A stretch of 64,000 nt of DNA, from contig JANOSY010000005.1 in assembly GCA_031416075.1 (NCBI GenBank), positions 1 through 64,000 on the forward strand, written 5' to 3'. A program made the position numbers and the translations under genes. The number at the start of each line of letters is the position of its first letter. Positions within the stretch are counted from its first letter, which is position 1. Below the pieces are notes generated by a model. The model did no database searches. It saw nothing but the letters and a program-made list of their open reading frames with translations, and was not told where the DNA came from. Of the stretch, positions 17,595-27,147 are shown piece by piece. This DNA is from Candidatus Tenderia sp. (lineage in GTDB: Bacteria > Pseudomonadota > Gammaproteobacteria > Tenderiales > Tenderiaceae).

Positions 17595-19082
17595 TTGGGT
17601 GTTTTAAAAAAACTGGTATCACAGACGGCAATCTACGGCACAAGCAGTATTGTTGCACGCTTTCTTAACTACCTGCTGGTCCCACTATACACCTACTCCT
17701 TTGCCGCTGCCGAATATGGTGTGGTGGCAGAGTTTTACGCCTATGCCGGCTTTTTTGCCGTACTGCTGCTGCTGGGGTTTGAGACCGGCTACTTCCGCTT
17801 CCGCGACAAAACCTCTCCACAGCGCGACCGCACCTATTCCACAGCGCTGATCTTTGTGCTGGGGGCCAATCTTGCCTTCCTGACACTGATCCTGCTGCTG
17901 AGCGGGCCACTCTCCAGCGCCCTTCACTACGCTGATCACCCCGAGTACTTCTGGTGGCTGGCACTGATACTGGCCATGGATGCGGTCGCCGCCATCGCCT
18001 TTGCCCGTCTGCGGGCCGAAGAGCGGGCGCTACGTTTTGTCACCATCAAGATCGCGGAGATCTTGATGACGATAGGGTTTAGCCTCTTTTTTATCGTCTG
18101 GTGTCCAATGCTCTACGCCGCCGACCCCAACGGCTGGATCACACTCATCTACAATCCCGAGATCGGCATCGGCTACATCTTTATCGCCAACCTCATCGCC
18201 TCAATCTTTAAGTTTGTGCTGCTGCTGCCTCAGCTGCGCGGTCTGGCATGGGGATTTGATAGCGCACTGTTTGCCCGTATGTGGCGTTACTCACTGCCCA
18301 TGGTGGTCATCGGTTTTGCTGGGGTTATCAATGAGATGCTCGACCGCGCCCTGCTCAAATACCTGCTTCCCCACGACCTGCAGACCAACATGACCATGCT
18401 CGGCATTTACTCCGCCTGTTACAAACTTGCCATCCTGATGACCCTGTTTATCCAGGCCTTCCGTTATGCCGCCGAACCCTTCTTTTTTGCCTACGCTGAC
18501 AAGAGTGACGCCCGTCAGATCTACGCCGACGTGCTGAAATATTTTGTCATCTTCTGTGTCGGCATCTTTCTGCTGGTAACGCTCTTTATCGACCTCTTCC
18601 AATACTTTATTGCTGCCGAATATCGGGCCGGACTGGCGGTGGTACCGATCCTGCTGCTGGCCAACCTCTGCCTTGGCATCTACGTCAACCTCTCCATCTG
18701 GTACAAACTGACTGACAGGACCCTGATGGGGGCTTACGTCGCTACCGCCGGTGCGCTGCTGACCGTTGGACTTAATATCTGGTGGATACCCCTGTTTGGC
18801 TACATGGGATCGGCCTGGGCAACACTCGCCTGCTACGGCAGCATGGCACTCGCCTCCTACCTGCTGGGGCAGCGCTACTATCCGGTCAACTATGATCTAA
18901 AACGCATCCTTGGTTACACCAGCGTGGGGGTACTGCTGTATCTGCTACAGGCACCGCTGGTACAGGCAACAGGGTGGCAGCCCTGGCTGTTGGGAATATT
19001 GTTACTAGGGAGCTACCTGCTACTGGCACTATGGGTAGATGGCAGGCCGCTACTGCGGCAATTACGGCGAGGCAACGGCTAA
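17595..19082 (+). CDS. MOP-superfamily oligosaccharide/polysaccharide flippase
   Basis: Many TM helices; QTAIYG.SSIVARFLNYLLVPLYT, GFETGYFRF, IQAFRYAAEPFFF. Confidence 0.85.
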   Translation: MGVLKKLVSQTAIYGTSSIVARFLNYLLVPLYTYSFAAAEYGVVAEFYAYAGFFAVLLLLGFETGYFRFRDKTSPQRDRTYSTALIFVLGANLAFLTLILLLSGPLSSALHYADHPEYFWWLALILAMDAVAAIAFARLRAEERALRFVTIKIAEILMTIGFSLFFIVWCPMLYAADPNGWITLIYNPEIGIGYIFIANLIASIFKFVLLLPQLRGLAWGFDSALFARMWRYSLPMVVIGFAGVINEMLDRALLKYLLPHDLQTNMTMLGIYSACYKLAILMTLFIQAFRYAAEPFFFAYADKSDARQIYADVLKYFVIFCVGIFLLVTLFIDLFQYFIAAEYRAGLAVVPILLLANLCLGIYVNLSIWYKLTDRTLMGAYVATAGALLTVGLNIWWIPLFGYMGSAWATLACYGSMALASYLLGQRYYPVNYDLKRILGYTSVGVLLYLLQAPLVQATGWQPWLLGILLLGSYLLLALWVDGRPLLRQLRRGNG

Positions 19083-19170
19083 AAACTTTCACAAAGGGGC
19101 GGGATGATCAACGGGGATGAAGCCGGTCAGCGCCGGGGTTATCCCCCCCGGCACCTTCAGCATTTGCCAT

Positions 19171-19482
19171 TTAGTCCACCATCACATCGGCAACCACCCA
19201 ACCCACCAGATCAACATTGCCCTTGCTCACACTGTAACGGTTGTAATGGTTTATGTTGCTGCTATGGTTATCCTGCACCGTTGGGTTTTCTACCACCCAG
19301 CCATACAGATCAACATTGTCACGGCTATACCTGCCACCGACGTTTGTCGCTGTTGCAGTTGAGGCGGTTGCTTTATCATCCACCACCCAACCATACAGAT
19401 CGACATTACCAGCGGAAAACCCGTTTGCCATACCTGTTCCAGATGCCATGGCCAATACTATTGCTGCGATTACGTTTTTCAT
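19171..19482 (-). CDS. Secreted small protein with three NVDL(Y/V)GWVV repeats
   Basis: Signal peptide MKNVIAAIVLAMASGTGMA, GGAG RBS, three repeats visible in the DNA, hairpin at 19132-19152. Confidence 0.8.
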   Translation of the reverse strand: MKNVIAAIVLAMASGTGMANGFSAGNVDLYGWVVDDKATASTATATNVGGRYSRDNVDLYGWVVENPTVQDNHSSNINHYNRYSVSKGNVDLVGWVVADVMVD

Positions 19483-19715
19483 TTTACTTCTCCATACTTA
19501 GGTTGATGTTTGCGTACCAGAGTGGCTACGGTTGTCATCATAGGGATGGCAAACAAATCAATCCAACAAATGGTTTAAATATTATAAATTTATAAAAACG
19601 ATTAAAAAGAGTTCAACAACACCCCTACCGGAAATAAAAAATTCAAATAACTATTCACAAACAGCCCAACATATCTCACTATTCACGCCCACTATTTTTA
19701 CCAAAGGCATTCACC

Positions 19716-20105
19716 ATGACCGCATCGCTCACCGCCCCCCAGATCAATACCATCAACGCCATGTCTGCCGAACAGCGTTATGACCACTTTATAAGCCAAG
19801 CCATTGAGTTAAAGGCGGTTTGGGGATTGGACAGCAAGGAGGGCTGGGTAATTTTGCCAGACGATGGCGAAGACCATTTACCTATCTGGTCACACGCCGA
19901 ACTGGCCTCACAATGGGCCGCCGGTGAATTTGCTGACTGCCAGCCGCAGGCGATCCCCCTGAATGAGTGGCTGGAGAAGTGGCTGCCCGGCATGGATACA
20001 GATGGTCTGTTAGCCGCCGTCTGCCCCAACCAGGAGGGGGATGCCATTGTGGTATCCGCCGAGGAGCTGCTGGAGGACTTTAAGACAGCGCTAGAGTCGA
20101 ACTAA
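19716..20105 (+). CDS. DUF2750-family protein
   Basis: RYDHFI..VWGL..GW..LPIW..EWLEKWLPGM. Confidence 0.85.
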   Translation: MTASLTAPQINTINAMSAEQRYDHFISQAIELKAVWGLDSKEGWVILPDDGEDHLPIWSHAELASQWAAGEFADCQPQAIPLNEWLEKWLPGMDTDGLLAAVCPNQEGDAIVVSAEELLEDFKTALESN

Positions 20106-20111
20106 TCTACC

Positions 20112-20516
20112 TTGACCCAGATAGCACAACCACCACAGATCACACACAACCCCTGTCTAACCTGCGGTGCCTGTTGTGCTTACTTTCGGGTCTCATTTTA
20201 CTGGTCTGAGGCAGAGCCATTTTTGGGCGGCCAAGTACCCGCAGTGTTAACAGCGCCGATCAACCACCACTACATCGCCATGAAGGGGACCGAGACCAAT
20301 CCGGTACGCTGTATCGCTCTGGAGGGGACGGTTGGTATGGGGGTCTCCTGTACGATCTACGCCCAGCGCCCCTCCAGCTGTCACGATGTTATGCCCTCGT
20401 GGCACAACGGCGAGGCGGACGACAAATGTGACAAGGCACGGATGGCACACGGCCTGCCTCCCCTCACCCCCAACAACTCACCCGAACTACCCACCCCCTA
20501 CCCACAAACGGCCTAA
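20112..20516 (+). CDS. YkgJ-family cysteine cluster protein
   Basis: NPCLTCGACCAYFRVSFYW..RCIAL.G..CTIYAQRPSSC..CDKAR. Confidence 0.9.
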   Translation: MTQIAQPPQITHNPCLTCGACCAYFRVSFYWSEAEPFLGGQVPAVLTAPINHHYIAMKGTETNPVRCIALEGTVGMGVSCTIYAQRPSSCHDVMPSWHNGEADDKCDKARMAHGLPPLTPNNSPELPTPYPQTA

Positions 20517-21178
20517 TCCTGGCTCAGCTGCCACTGCATCCATGTGGCGATCTGCGCCATGGAGTCCGGGTAACGGATCGGTAACATATGGCCTACCGGG
20601 GTATCAAGACGCTCACTATAGGCAAAGGCCCGCTGTAACTTATCCCCCTGCTGCCGCATAAAATCCGACTCTTTTTCACCCAGCACATGCAGGCTTGGCA
20701 ACGATAACGGGACATCAAAATAGGGGCGATAGCGCTGGTCTCCGGGCAAAAAACCGCCACACAGCACTGCCCAGTCAAACTGAAAGGGGGAGTCTGGCTT
20801 TTTCTGCATCAATGCCGCCAGCAGCGCCGCCATCACCGTCCCCTGGCTCCAGCCCAATAGCCCCGCAATCGGCCCTTCGCGCTGAAACAGCTCAGCCAGC
20901 CATACCAGTGTCTCCTCAATCCCATGATAGTGGGGTGGTCGCTCCTCGCTGGCGCGGTACCAGCACCAGTTCAGTCCAGGGCCGATACGCGACTCCGGCA
21001 TGGGCATATTAAACAGCGCCGTGGTGGCACGCACCTCCGCCTCTGGGCAGACAATCGGCCCCTGCGGATAGAGAAAAACCGCCTCTTCCGCCAACGCCTG
21101 CTCCAATGGCAGACACCACTGCCGCAGCCAGTCGCTATTCATGGAGTAGCCATGCAGACAGACTATTTTGGCCTTCAT
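20513..21178 (-). CDS. FSH1-like serine hydrolase
   Basis: CLHGYSMN, GWSQG nucleophile elbow, PSLHVLG, GHMLP. Confidence 0.8.
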   Translation of the reverse strand: MKAKIVCLHGYSMNSDWLRQWCLPLEQALAEEAVFLYPQGPIVCPEAEVRATTALFNMPMPESRIGPGLNWCWYRASEERPPHYHGIEETLVWLAELFQREGPIAGLLGWSQGTVMAALLAALMQKKPDSPFQFDWAVLCGGFLPGDQRYRPYFDVPLSLPSLHVLGEKESDFMRQQGDKLQRAFAYSERLDTPVGHMLPIRYPDSMAQIATWMQWQLSQD

Positions 21179-21218
21179 CGACACCCCCTGAATTGAAAAA
21201 ACACCTGCATCACGGCCC

Positions 21219-21626
21219 TCATAAAAACATTGACGAGCTGTACGTTTGATAAAGCCAGACACCACAACCCAGAGCCAATGCCAGCCAGACCATTACCACC
21301 ACCGTCCCCGCAATCCAGCTCACTGGGCGACCCTCGTGTAACATTTGAACCACACGAAGACGACACGCCGCCATGACCTGTGCAGGGACCCACCGAATCG
21401 CCAATGCAATCCCGAGTGGCAACAAAATAAGATCATCCAGATAGCCAATCAGGGGGATGAAGTCGGGGATCAGGTCGATCGGACTAAACGCATACGCAAC
21501 AACAGTGGCCACAAACAGCTTGACCTGCCATGGCGTGTCCGGGTCACGTGCTGCGTAGTAAAGGGCAAAAATATCCCCCTTGAGCTTACCGACCCAACGC
21601 TTCAACGCCAACCAATACCCCATCAT
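21219..21626 (-). CDS. YkvA/DUF1232 membrane protein
   Basis: YAFSPIDLIPDFIPLIGYLDD. Confidence 0.92.
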   Translation of the reverse strand: MMGYWLALKRWVGKLKGDIFALYYAARDPDTPWQVKLFVATVVAYAFSPIDLIPDFIPLIGYLDDLILLPLGIALAIRWVPAQVMAACRLRVVQMLHEGRPVSWIAGTVVVMVWLALALGCGVWLYQTYSSSMFL

Positions 21627-21654
21627 CCATTCACCACGCCCGTTGCGCCAGATA

Positions 21655-22263
21655 TCACGCTGGATCCAGCCCTTGTTGCATCAGCGCGGCGACTGCACGT
21701 GCGGCATCTGTCTCGGCGGCAGAGAGCGCCTGAATAATATTCCGTCGATCGACCTCAGGGCGATTCTGGCTGAGTTTGTACTTCCCTTCAATGCGCTCAA
21801 TCTCCATCTCAAACCCGACAATCACATCCAATAATCTGGGGAGGTAGTCTGGCTGCCATGGTGTGGCCCGCTGCTGTTCATGGAGTGAAGTGAGCTGTTC
21901 AATAACTCGTTGCAGTCGGGCTGTGTCGGCAATGAGCGTTGGCCGTCCATAAACATGGACAGCCGCGTAGTTCCAGGTTGGCACCCCTGGCGTTTGGTAT
22001 AACGAGGGGGAGATGTAGACACTCGGCCCGTGGAATATCACTAGCGTCTGGTTGCACTGTTCAAAGTGCTGCCACTGCTCATTGGCCTTGGCCACATGAC
22101 CAATCAGCACGGTTTTATCACCCCGCCGCTCGACCATCAGCGGCAGGTGGCTAACAAACGGCACACCCTCTGGCGTGGTGATCAACGTGGCAAAGGGCTG
22201 CTGCTCCATCAGGCGGAGCATGCTCTCCAGATCCTCTTCTTTAAAATGGTTCGGGGTATACAT
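21655..22263 (-). CDS. PaiB-family FMN-binding negative transcriptional regulator
   Basis: MYTPNHF, SHLP, GHVAKAN, YISP..VPTWNY, GKYKLSQNR. Confidence 0.9.
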   Translation of the reverse strand: MYTPNHFKEEDLESMLRLMEQQPFATLITTPEGVPFVSHLPLMVERRGDKTVLIGHVAKANEQWQHFEQCNQTLVIFHGPSVYISPSLYQTPGVPTWNYAAVHVYGRPTLIADTARLQRVIEQLTSLHEQQRATPWQPDYLPRLLDVIVGFEMEIERIEGKYKLSQNRPEVDRRNIIQALSAAETDAARAVAALMQQGLDPA

Positions 22264-22417
22264 GTCGATCCCTATGTATAGTATGGGGCGGCCATCTTCT
22301 TGCCGCACTGCCTTTACTTCTGCAAAATAATCAGCCAACTTGAGCTAGAATACGCTGCCATTGCTGCCGGGTGGAAGCTGTTACCACTCTGTCTGTTGCA
22401 TTCAAGGAAATTATAAC

Positions 22418-22702
22418 GTGTCTAAAACTGTGCTACTTGTCGCGCTACTCACCGCCATCCTACTGACAGGCTGTTCGGAAGAGCAGCAAAACCGCCTTAG
22501 CCGCATCGGTGTTACCTGGATGGAGGGCGACTATCAGGTAACTTTTGTTGAGGGCAGCCACGTTAAAACCTGGATTGTAAAAAACAGCAAGATCACCAGT
22601 GAGCCAGAAAAAGGGTATTACTACTTCTGGGCACTCAAAAAGGGCAAAAAAATCTACGTCCAGACCCCGATAGCGCGCACCTATATCGAAGAGGTGAAAT
22701 AA
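22418..22702 (+). CDS. Hypothetical lipoprotein
   Basis: AAGGA RBS, GTG start, lipobox LTGC, TAATG overlap with yaeQ. Confidence 0.7.
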   Translation: MSKTVLLVALLTAILLTGCSEEQQNRLSRIGVTWMEGDYQVTFVEGSHVKTWIVKNSKITSEPEKGYYYFWALKKGKKIYVQTPIARTYIEEVK

Positions 22703-23241
22703 TGGCGCTCAAAGCCACCATTTTTAAGGCTGAGATCTCCATCAGCGACATGGATCGCCACTACTATCAAGAGCATCCACTCACTATTGCCCAACACCCG
22801 TCGGAAACCAACGAGCGAATGATGGTGCGGCTAGTCGCCTTTGCCCTGAACGCTGACGAGCGGTTGGAGTTTACCAAAGGGTTAAGTGCCGATGATGAGC
22901 CTGAACTCTGGAACAAAAACTACAGCGATGAGATTGAGTTATGGATAGAGCTGGGCCAGCCGGATGAAAAGCGGATTCGTAAAGCGTGTGGTCGCAGCCG
23001 TCAGGTGATCATCTACTGCTATGGCCATCGTAGTGCACAGGTGTGGTGGGAGCAGAACCGCACTCTAGTGCAGCGGTTTGATAACCTTAAAGTGGTCAAA
23101 CTTGCTGAAGGGGTCGCCGAGTCACTGGCCACCATGGTGGAGCGCTCCATGCGGCTACAGTGCACCATCCAGGACGGTGACTGCTGGATCAGCAACAACA
23201 AACAGAACATACAGGTGGATATGGAGCGCTGGAAAGAGTAA
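22702..23241 (+). CDS. yaeQ: YaeQ family protein
   Basis: MALKATIFKA..DMDRHYY..HPSETNERMMVR. Confidence 0.93.
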   Translation: MALKATIFKAEISISDMDRHYYQEHPLTIAQHPSETNERMMVRLVAFALNADERLEFTKGLSADDEPELWNKNYSDEIELWIELGQPDEKRIRKACGRSRQVIIYCYGHRSAQVWWEQNRTLVQRFDNLKVVKLAEGVAESLATMVERSMRLQCTIQDGDCWISNNKQNIQVDMERWKE

Positions 23242-23247
23242 GGGGAG

Positions 23248-23607
23248 CTATTTTAGCGTTAGTCCTAACTTTGGCCCCAGCTGTTGTTCCAGCTGCTGCT
23301 CATCCTTGGCCAGATCTGCCACCACCAGCAACGCCAGCAGCGCCTTGCACTCCGCCTTGCGTCCAAGCAGTCGCCGGGTAAAAAAGAAGGCTATCTGTTT
23401 TACATAGAACAACGCTACAACCAGCAGCACCGTGGTCACCATCATAAACTGGATGACATATGGCCGGGCGCTATCGATCAGGGCGGCAAAGGTAAAAAAA
23501 TAGATTCCCAGCACCACACCAATGGTGATGCCAAGCGTAACCACCAGGTTTTCGTGGCTCTTTTTAATCCGGCGGATCGCCTCTAACTGCTGTTCTGACA
23601 TATACAA
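23248..23607 (-). CDS. Hypothetical two-TM membrane protein
   Basis: Two hydrophobic helices; co-oriented downstream of the HIT gene. Confidence 0.65.
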   Translation of the reverse strand: MYMSEQQLEAIRRIKKSHENLVVTLGITIGVVLGIYFFTFAALIDSARPYVIQFMMVTTVLLVVALFYVKQIAFFFTRRLLGRKAECKALLALLVVADLAKDEQQLEQQLGPKLGLTLK

Positions 23608-23613
23608 ACGTCC

Positions 23614-24039
23614 TTACACCCAATATTCAAAATCGTTAATAGTTAACGCGTGCCGAAGTTTTTCAACCACGGCGGCTAACCCCTCTGTTGTGTAACCCTT
23701 GGCGGCCACTTTACCCCACACCGGTGCCGGCCATGCGGCATCATCGGTGTAGCGCACCACATGGTGCACATGGAGCTGAGGCACCACATTGCCCAGTGCT
23801 GCAATGTTGAGTTTATCCGGGGCAAACGCGGCGACCAGCGCCCGAGACAACATCGTTGACTCACGCAGCAACTGTTGCTGATCGACATCGCTCAACTGGT
23901 AGATCTCGCTGATCCCGTCACGATCCGGGACCAGCACAAACCAAGGGTAGTGGGCATCCTGCAACAGCAGCAGCTGGCAGAGCGGGAAACGCCCCACCAC
24001 CAGACAATCCTTTTGCAGCTGGGGATGTAGGTCAGCCAC
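23614..24039 (-). CDS. HIT domain protein
   Basis: KLNIAALGNVVPQLHVHHVVR..WPAPVWG. Probable GTG start at 24039. Confidence 0.9.
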   Translation of the reverse strand: MADLHPQLQKDCLVVGRFPLCQLLLLQDAHYPWFVLVPDRDGISEIYQLSDVDQQQLLRESTMLSRALVAAFAPDKLNIAALGNVVPQLHVHHVVRYTDDAAWPAPVWGKVAAKGYTTEGLAAVVEKLRHALTINDFEYWV

Positions 24040-24946
24040 GCGGCTCAACATCATAACGTACGTATAGGTTATGTTCGCCGCCTGCGGGAATTGTCACCAC
24101 GTCATCTGCGGCGTTGGCACTCTCAACACAGACCATGCCCAGATAGCTGCGCTCGCCCAGATCACCCATCTGTTCTGCTTTTTCAATCCATGGGTTCCAG
24201 ACGATGGTGGAGCCGCTGTTACGTTTGCTGATACGAATGCGGCGCTCCAGGGCGGCATCGTCGATGATGCAGTCAGCTGTTGATTCCAGGTAGATACGGT
24301 CAGTTTCACCACTAAAGTCAACCGCCCCATCCTGCTGTTTACGTTTAAAACCATCGACCTTATCGAGGTATGGGCAACCATCCAGCCCCGCCACCGTCGC
24401 ATCACGGATATCACTAATGGCAAAGTAGGTGTGTAGCGCCTGGCCGATGGTAACCGGGGTTGTGCCCTGATTACGGGTCAGCAGCTCCAGCTCCAGCGCC
24501 GTACCAACGGTTATCTGATAGTCGCACGGGGTTGTATGGGGCCACATTTTTGCACTAGCTTCATCACCACTGAAGCGGAACAGCAGGCGGGTCGCACCGC
24601 TGGCCAGCGCTTCTGTCTCCACGACCTGCCACTCCACGGTACGGGCGTAACCGTGGGCGGGGTAGCCTGCTTCACTCTCATGTGGACCAAACCAGGGCCA
24701 GCAGATGGGAATACCGCCGCGCACCGACTTGCCAGGGGCAAATTTGGCGGCAGTGGAGAGCCAGATCACCGGCTGTTGGCCCTGGGGTGTCCAGGTCAGT
24801 AGATGAGCCCCCTGCAGGGCGATGGTAGCTGTTGCCTGAGCATTATTGACCTCAATCATGGTCAGACCACCTGCTCCTTCCTTAAAGACCACCTGCCCCT
24901 TGATACCCAACTGACTGTTCAACTGTTCTGGAGAGCGCGTCATCAT
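24032..24946 (-). CDS. D-hexose-6-phosphate mutarotase (aldose 1-epimerase family)
   Basis: RGGIPICWPWFG, AHGYAR, ALHTYF, VWNPW, MVCVE. Confidence 0.92.
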   Translation of the reverse strand: MMTRSPEQLNSQLGIKGQVVFKEGAGGLTMIEVNNAQATATIALQGAHLLTWTPQGQQPVIWLSTAAKFAPGKSVRGGIPICWPWFGPHESEAGYPAHGYARTVEWQVVETEALASGATRLLFRFSGDEASAKMWPHTTPCDYQITVGTALELELLTRNQGTTPVTIGQALHTYFAISDIRDATVAGLDGCPYLDKVDGFKRKQQDGAVDFSGETDRIYLESTADCIIDDAALERRIRISKRNSGSTIVWNPWIEKAEQMGDLGERSYLGMVCVESANAADDVVTIPAGGEHNLYVRYDVEPRG

Positions 24947-25130
24947 TAAAATTCCTTATGATATATTTTTGCAACCAAACTCGGCCATAATGGCCAGCAA
25001 GTTGTTCTGTACGCGCTATGATAGCGTGACCACTGCAAGAACCACAGTATTAGCCACACTGAATGTTAGATTTAATTTACCGGCCAGGGGCCGACAATGG
25101 ATATGAACCCGTATCAAGGAGGCTTGCACG

Positions 25131-25613
25131 ATGAGTAATAAAGCAGATGTTGAAAAGCTGTGTAACAGTTCGATAGGCAACGAGCTGACCGTCGCCGAAA
25201 GTGGCATCCTCAGCGCCGTCATGGGCTCACGAGAACTCAACGACGGTGAGCTGCTCTCCAGCGAGGGGGGTATTGCCAGCACCCTCTTCATCCTCATTGA
25301 TGGCAAGCTCGACGTGATCAGCGACAATGAGGGCGAGCAGAGTGTGGTCTACACCATGAGCCAGGGGGAGTGTGCTGGTACCCGCGCCTTTGTCGACCGC
25401 TCTCCCCGTAAGGCCACACTGCGCGCCAACGGCAGTGCCACTGTCTACACCCTGGAGCCAGACGCCTTTGAGTCCCTGCTCGATGACCACCCACGTATCA
25501 TCTACAAGGTGATGTGCGCCCTGTTCCGCAATACCCACACCAACTTGATGCGTATGAACCAGGAGACACAGCAGCTGACCAACTACATCAACAAGTCCTA
25601 CGGTCGGTACTGA
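25131..25613 (+). CDS. Stand-alone cyclic nucleotide-binding domain protein
   Basis: LFILIDGKLDV..GECAG..PRKATLRA fold signature; AAGGAGG RBS. Confidence 0.85.
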   Translation: MSNKADVEKLCNSSIGNELTVAESGILSAVMGSRELNDGELLSSEGGIASTLFILIDGKLDVISDNEGEQSVVYTMSQGECAGTRAFVDRSPRKATLRANGSATVYTLEPDAFESLLDDHPRIIYKVMCALFRNTHTNLMRMNQETQQLTNYINKSYGRY

Positions 25614-25641
25614 TGACAACAACCTGATACACCACACCACA

Positions 25642-25665
25642 GAGGCGCATACTTGCGCCTTTTTT
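25642..25665 (+). terminator. Rho-independent terminator
   Basis: AGGCGCA-TACT-TGCGCCT followed by a T-run. Confidence 0.75.
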
Positions 25666-25711
25666 ATTAGCTGGCAGAATATGCGCCCACCACTACGAGT
25701 GTTGTCATCCC

Positions 25712-26482
25712 ATGTTTTCGCTGTTTCGCAACCAACCACTGCTCGACGAAGGGACCACCGAATGGTTGTGGGAGAGTTACGCCTGGGCGCTACGCAACTT
25801 TGACCGCGACCTGTTCTACACCCATACGGAGCTGATCACCCCCACCAAAACCCATTTTTATGATCAGGCCGACGACGGCCATACCTTGGCCCTCCTGATT
25901 CTGGAGCGGGTCAAGGGGTATATGGCGCTACAAAAGTGGCCCACTCAGCTCATCCCGATCAACGAGGAGATGGCGGCGCTGGTTGCCCCGGCCATTGAGA
26001 TCAACGGCCCCACCCGTGGTGATCAAGCGCTCATTCTGGTCGAAGATGGGCAACAACTGCCAATTCCCTACGACCCCATTCTGCTGCGCCAACCCGACCT
26101 GCTGATCACCATCATGGCCCAAAACCTCGCCAGCCCGCTGGCGCAGCTCACCCCTGAACCCCCGCCGGGCGGTAACGAAAATCGTGGCCACGCCACTGAC
26201 CTTCTGGCTATCTTCATGGGATTTGGACTTTTTCTCACCAACAACGCCTTTAACTACCATATTGGTAGCTGCAGCAGCTGCAAACCCAAAGGGGTCCAGC
26301 TGCTGGGCGAGCTGACCGAAGGACAGATGGCCTACGCCCTGGCGCTGTTTTGTGTACTGAAGGAGATTCCTGATAACCAGGCGCTACCGCACCTGAAGAG
26401 CACTGTGCGCCCCTTTTTCAAACGGGCACTTAAAGAGGTTAGGGGGATGAAAGCGGAGCTGGCTCAGTTGCAAAGCCTATGA
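25712..26482 (+). CDS. Conserved hypothetical protein
   Basis: 256-aa ORF; ATDLLAIFMGFG, CSSC, YALALFC. Confidence 0.75.
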   Translation: MFSLFRNQPLLDEGTTEWLWESYAWALRNFDRDLFYTHTELITPTKTHFYDQADDGHTLALLILERVKGYMALQKWPTQLIPINEEMAALVAPAIEINGPTRGDQALILVEDGQQLPIPYDPILLRQPDLLITIMAQNLASPLAQLTPEPPPGGNENRGHATDLLAIFMGFGLFLTNNAFNYHIGSCSSCKPKGVQLLGELTEGQMAYALALFCVLKEIPDNQALPHLKSTVRPFFKRALKEVRGMKAELAQLQSL

Positions 26483-26496
26483 ACGGCGCTGCCTAA

Positions 26497-26901
26497 CTAC
26501 TTAATTTTATCCAGCACCTTTTGTAACGACTCCTGCCCAATCGGCCTGACCAGAAAACCTGCCGCCCCATTGGCTATCGACTCCGTTAGAAGCTCCTTGG
26601 TCACGGTAGCGCTGGTCAGTACCACGTTAAACTCAGGAAACTTAGTTCGGATAGTGGTCAACAGCCCCATCGCATTTCCACCCGCACTATCCGCGTCAAG
26701 AAAGAGAATACCAACTTTGTGTTTGCCCACCATCTCCAGCGCTTCACGCAGCTCCGTGGTTTTGCCGATCACCGGGTAGGACTTCTGACGCAAGATCTGC
26801 TGCAACTCATCCGCCTGGGCGGCATCCTCAAGCAGGATGATCACCTGGCGGCGCTTGGGGTTTACCGTCTTTCCAGTCGCAAAATCAAACTCCTGTAACA
26901 T
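26497..26901 (-). CDS. Single-domain response regulator receiver (atypical)
   Basis: LLED, LFLD, TSA, GAAGFLVRP (conserved Lys replaced by Arg). Confidence 0.8.
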   Translation of the reverse strand: MLQEFDFATGKTVNPKRRQVIILLEDAAQADELQQILRQKSYPVIGKTTELREALEMVGKHKVGILFLDADSAGGNAMGLLTTIRTKFPEFNVVLTSATVTKELLTESIANGAAGFLVRPIGQESLQKVLDKIK

Positions 26902-27147
26902 CGGCTCTCCTGGTTAAGGCCCATCTCTACGCCGTGAGTGACGCAGACTCCTTCCAAGATATCGGGTCCAGCAGGGGTGACTTTAATCCAGACAGATTCC
27001 AGGCAGATTAGGGATCAGCCTTCGCAATACCCAGCCACCCACTTGCCCGCCCCCACACCAGGTGCACTAAAAACCATATTCCCAAGCTTTATTGATATTG
27101 AGAATATGATGATCTATTCTTATCCTAAAATCATATAAAGAACCCCT

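Noticed and set aside
19171-19482. RiPP precursor or CRISPR-like array reading of the triple repeat
   Set aside because: The repeats are in-frame and imperfect inside a signal-peptide ORF, and no maturase or cas genes are nearby.
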